Positions 63,479-64,000 of a stretch of DNA of 64,000 nt are shown one piece after another. The translations under genes were made by a program, and so were the position numbers. Numbering within the stretch: position 1 is the first letter of the stretch; the number at the start of each line of letters is the position of its first letter. The DNA is from Ostrea edulis (Eukaryota): assembly GCF_947568905.1 (NCBI RefSeq), contig NC_079164.1:110794001-110858000 (forward strand). Direction: 5' to 3'. Below the pieces are notes generated by a model that was given only the letters and a program-made list of their open reading frames with translations, ran no database searches and was not told where the DNA came from.

Positions 63479-64000
63479 CACTCTCTAGAAAAAAACCAAA
63501 AATATTTTCATGAAAACAAATACATAAAAAATTACAGGTTTGAATAGCACACCTGAACACACCAAACAATTAAAAGAGGCCCATGAGCTTAAAATAGCTC
63601 ACTTCAAATTTGAACTTTTATAGGAGTGACCTCAGAGAATGATTCATGTACAAATGTAGATCTGAAACTAAAATCCATGTGATCCTATGATTGGGACAAC
63701 TTGCTTATTTTATATTCGAAAAAACAAACTATAATTCAATTATGTATGCACTTGCTTACTGAACTCTTCGGCTAAATGTTCACACACTGTACTTATTTTT
63801 TTCACGAATTTCATTTTCAACGCTTTTGGTTTGGCACCATGGAGTATCGAACCCTCTCCTCCAGCACAAGAAAAATAGTAATTTTAAGGCTCAGAATTTC
63901 AGAGTTTAGGGGCTACAGATCCCTCAAGAAAGGGGCTAGCAATTTCCAATACTTTCAGATGATGTAACTTCTCATTTCTAACAACTTATCCATTTATGTC

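Overview
AT-rich, intron-rich animal genomic DNA. Repeat families and gene types point to a bivalve mollusc, probably an oyster (inference, not proven). The left ~40 kb holds seven phase-1 Ig-domain exons of a + strand nephrin/hemicentin-like gene. These include one 297-bp exon in three ~92%-identical copies (20151, 22608, 26515). The introns contain a decayed 5'-truncated Ty3/Gypsy element with one LTR, about a dozen Penelope-like 3' ends/RT fragments, L2/CR1 fragments, tRNA-derived SINEs and several TIR/foldback MITEs. At 40359-40363 a Kolobok-type terminus (TTAA|AGGAACTGATTCACG) begins. It is followed by an intact 5-exon P2X7-ballast-like (KolX-type) gene on + and, tail-to-tail, a 10-exon Kolobok DDD/E transposase pseudogene on -. 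Further along the - strand lies a 5-exon tyrosine-recombinase (YR) gene with an acidic linker and a helical C-terminal domain. No matching second terminus was found in the window, so transposase, KolX and YR may form one >23 kb composite element. This is the best candidate for something new. Its introns are packed with Helentron-like satellite-bearing insertions. All exon calls were made by hand from splice sites, phase and motifs; no database search was run.
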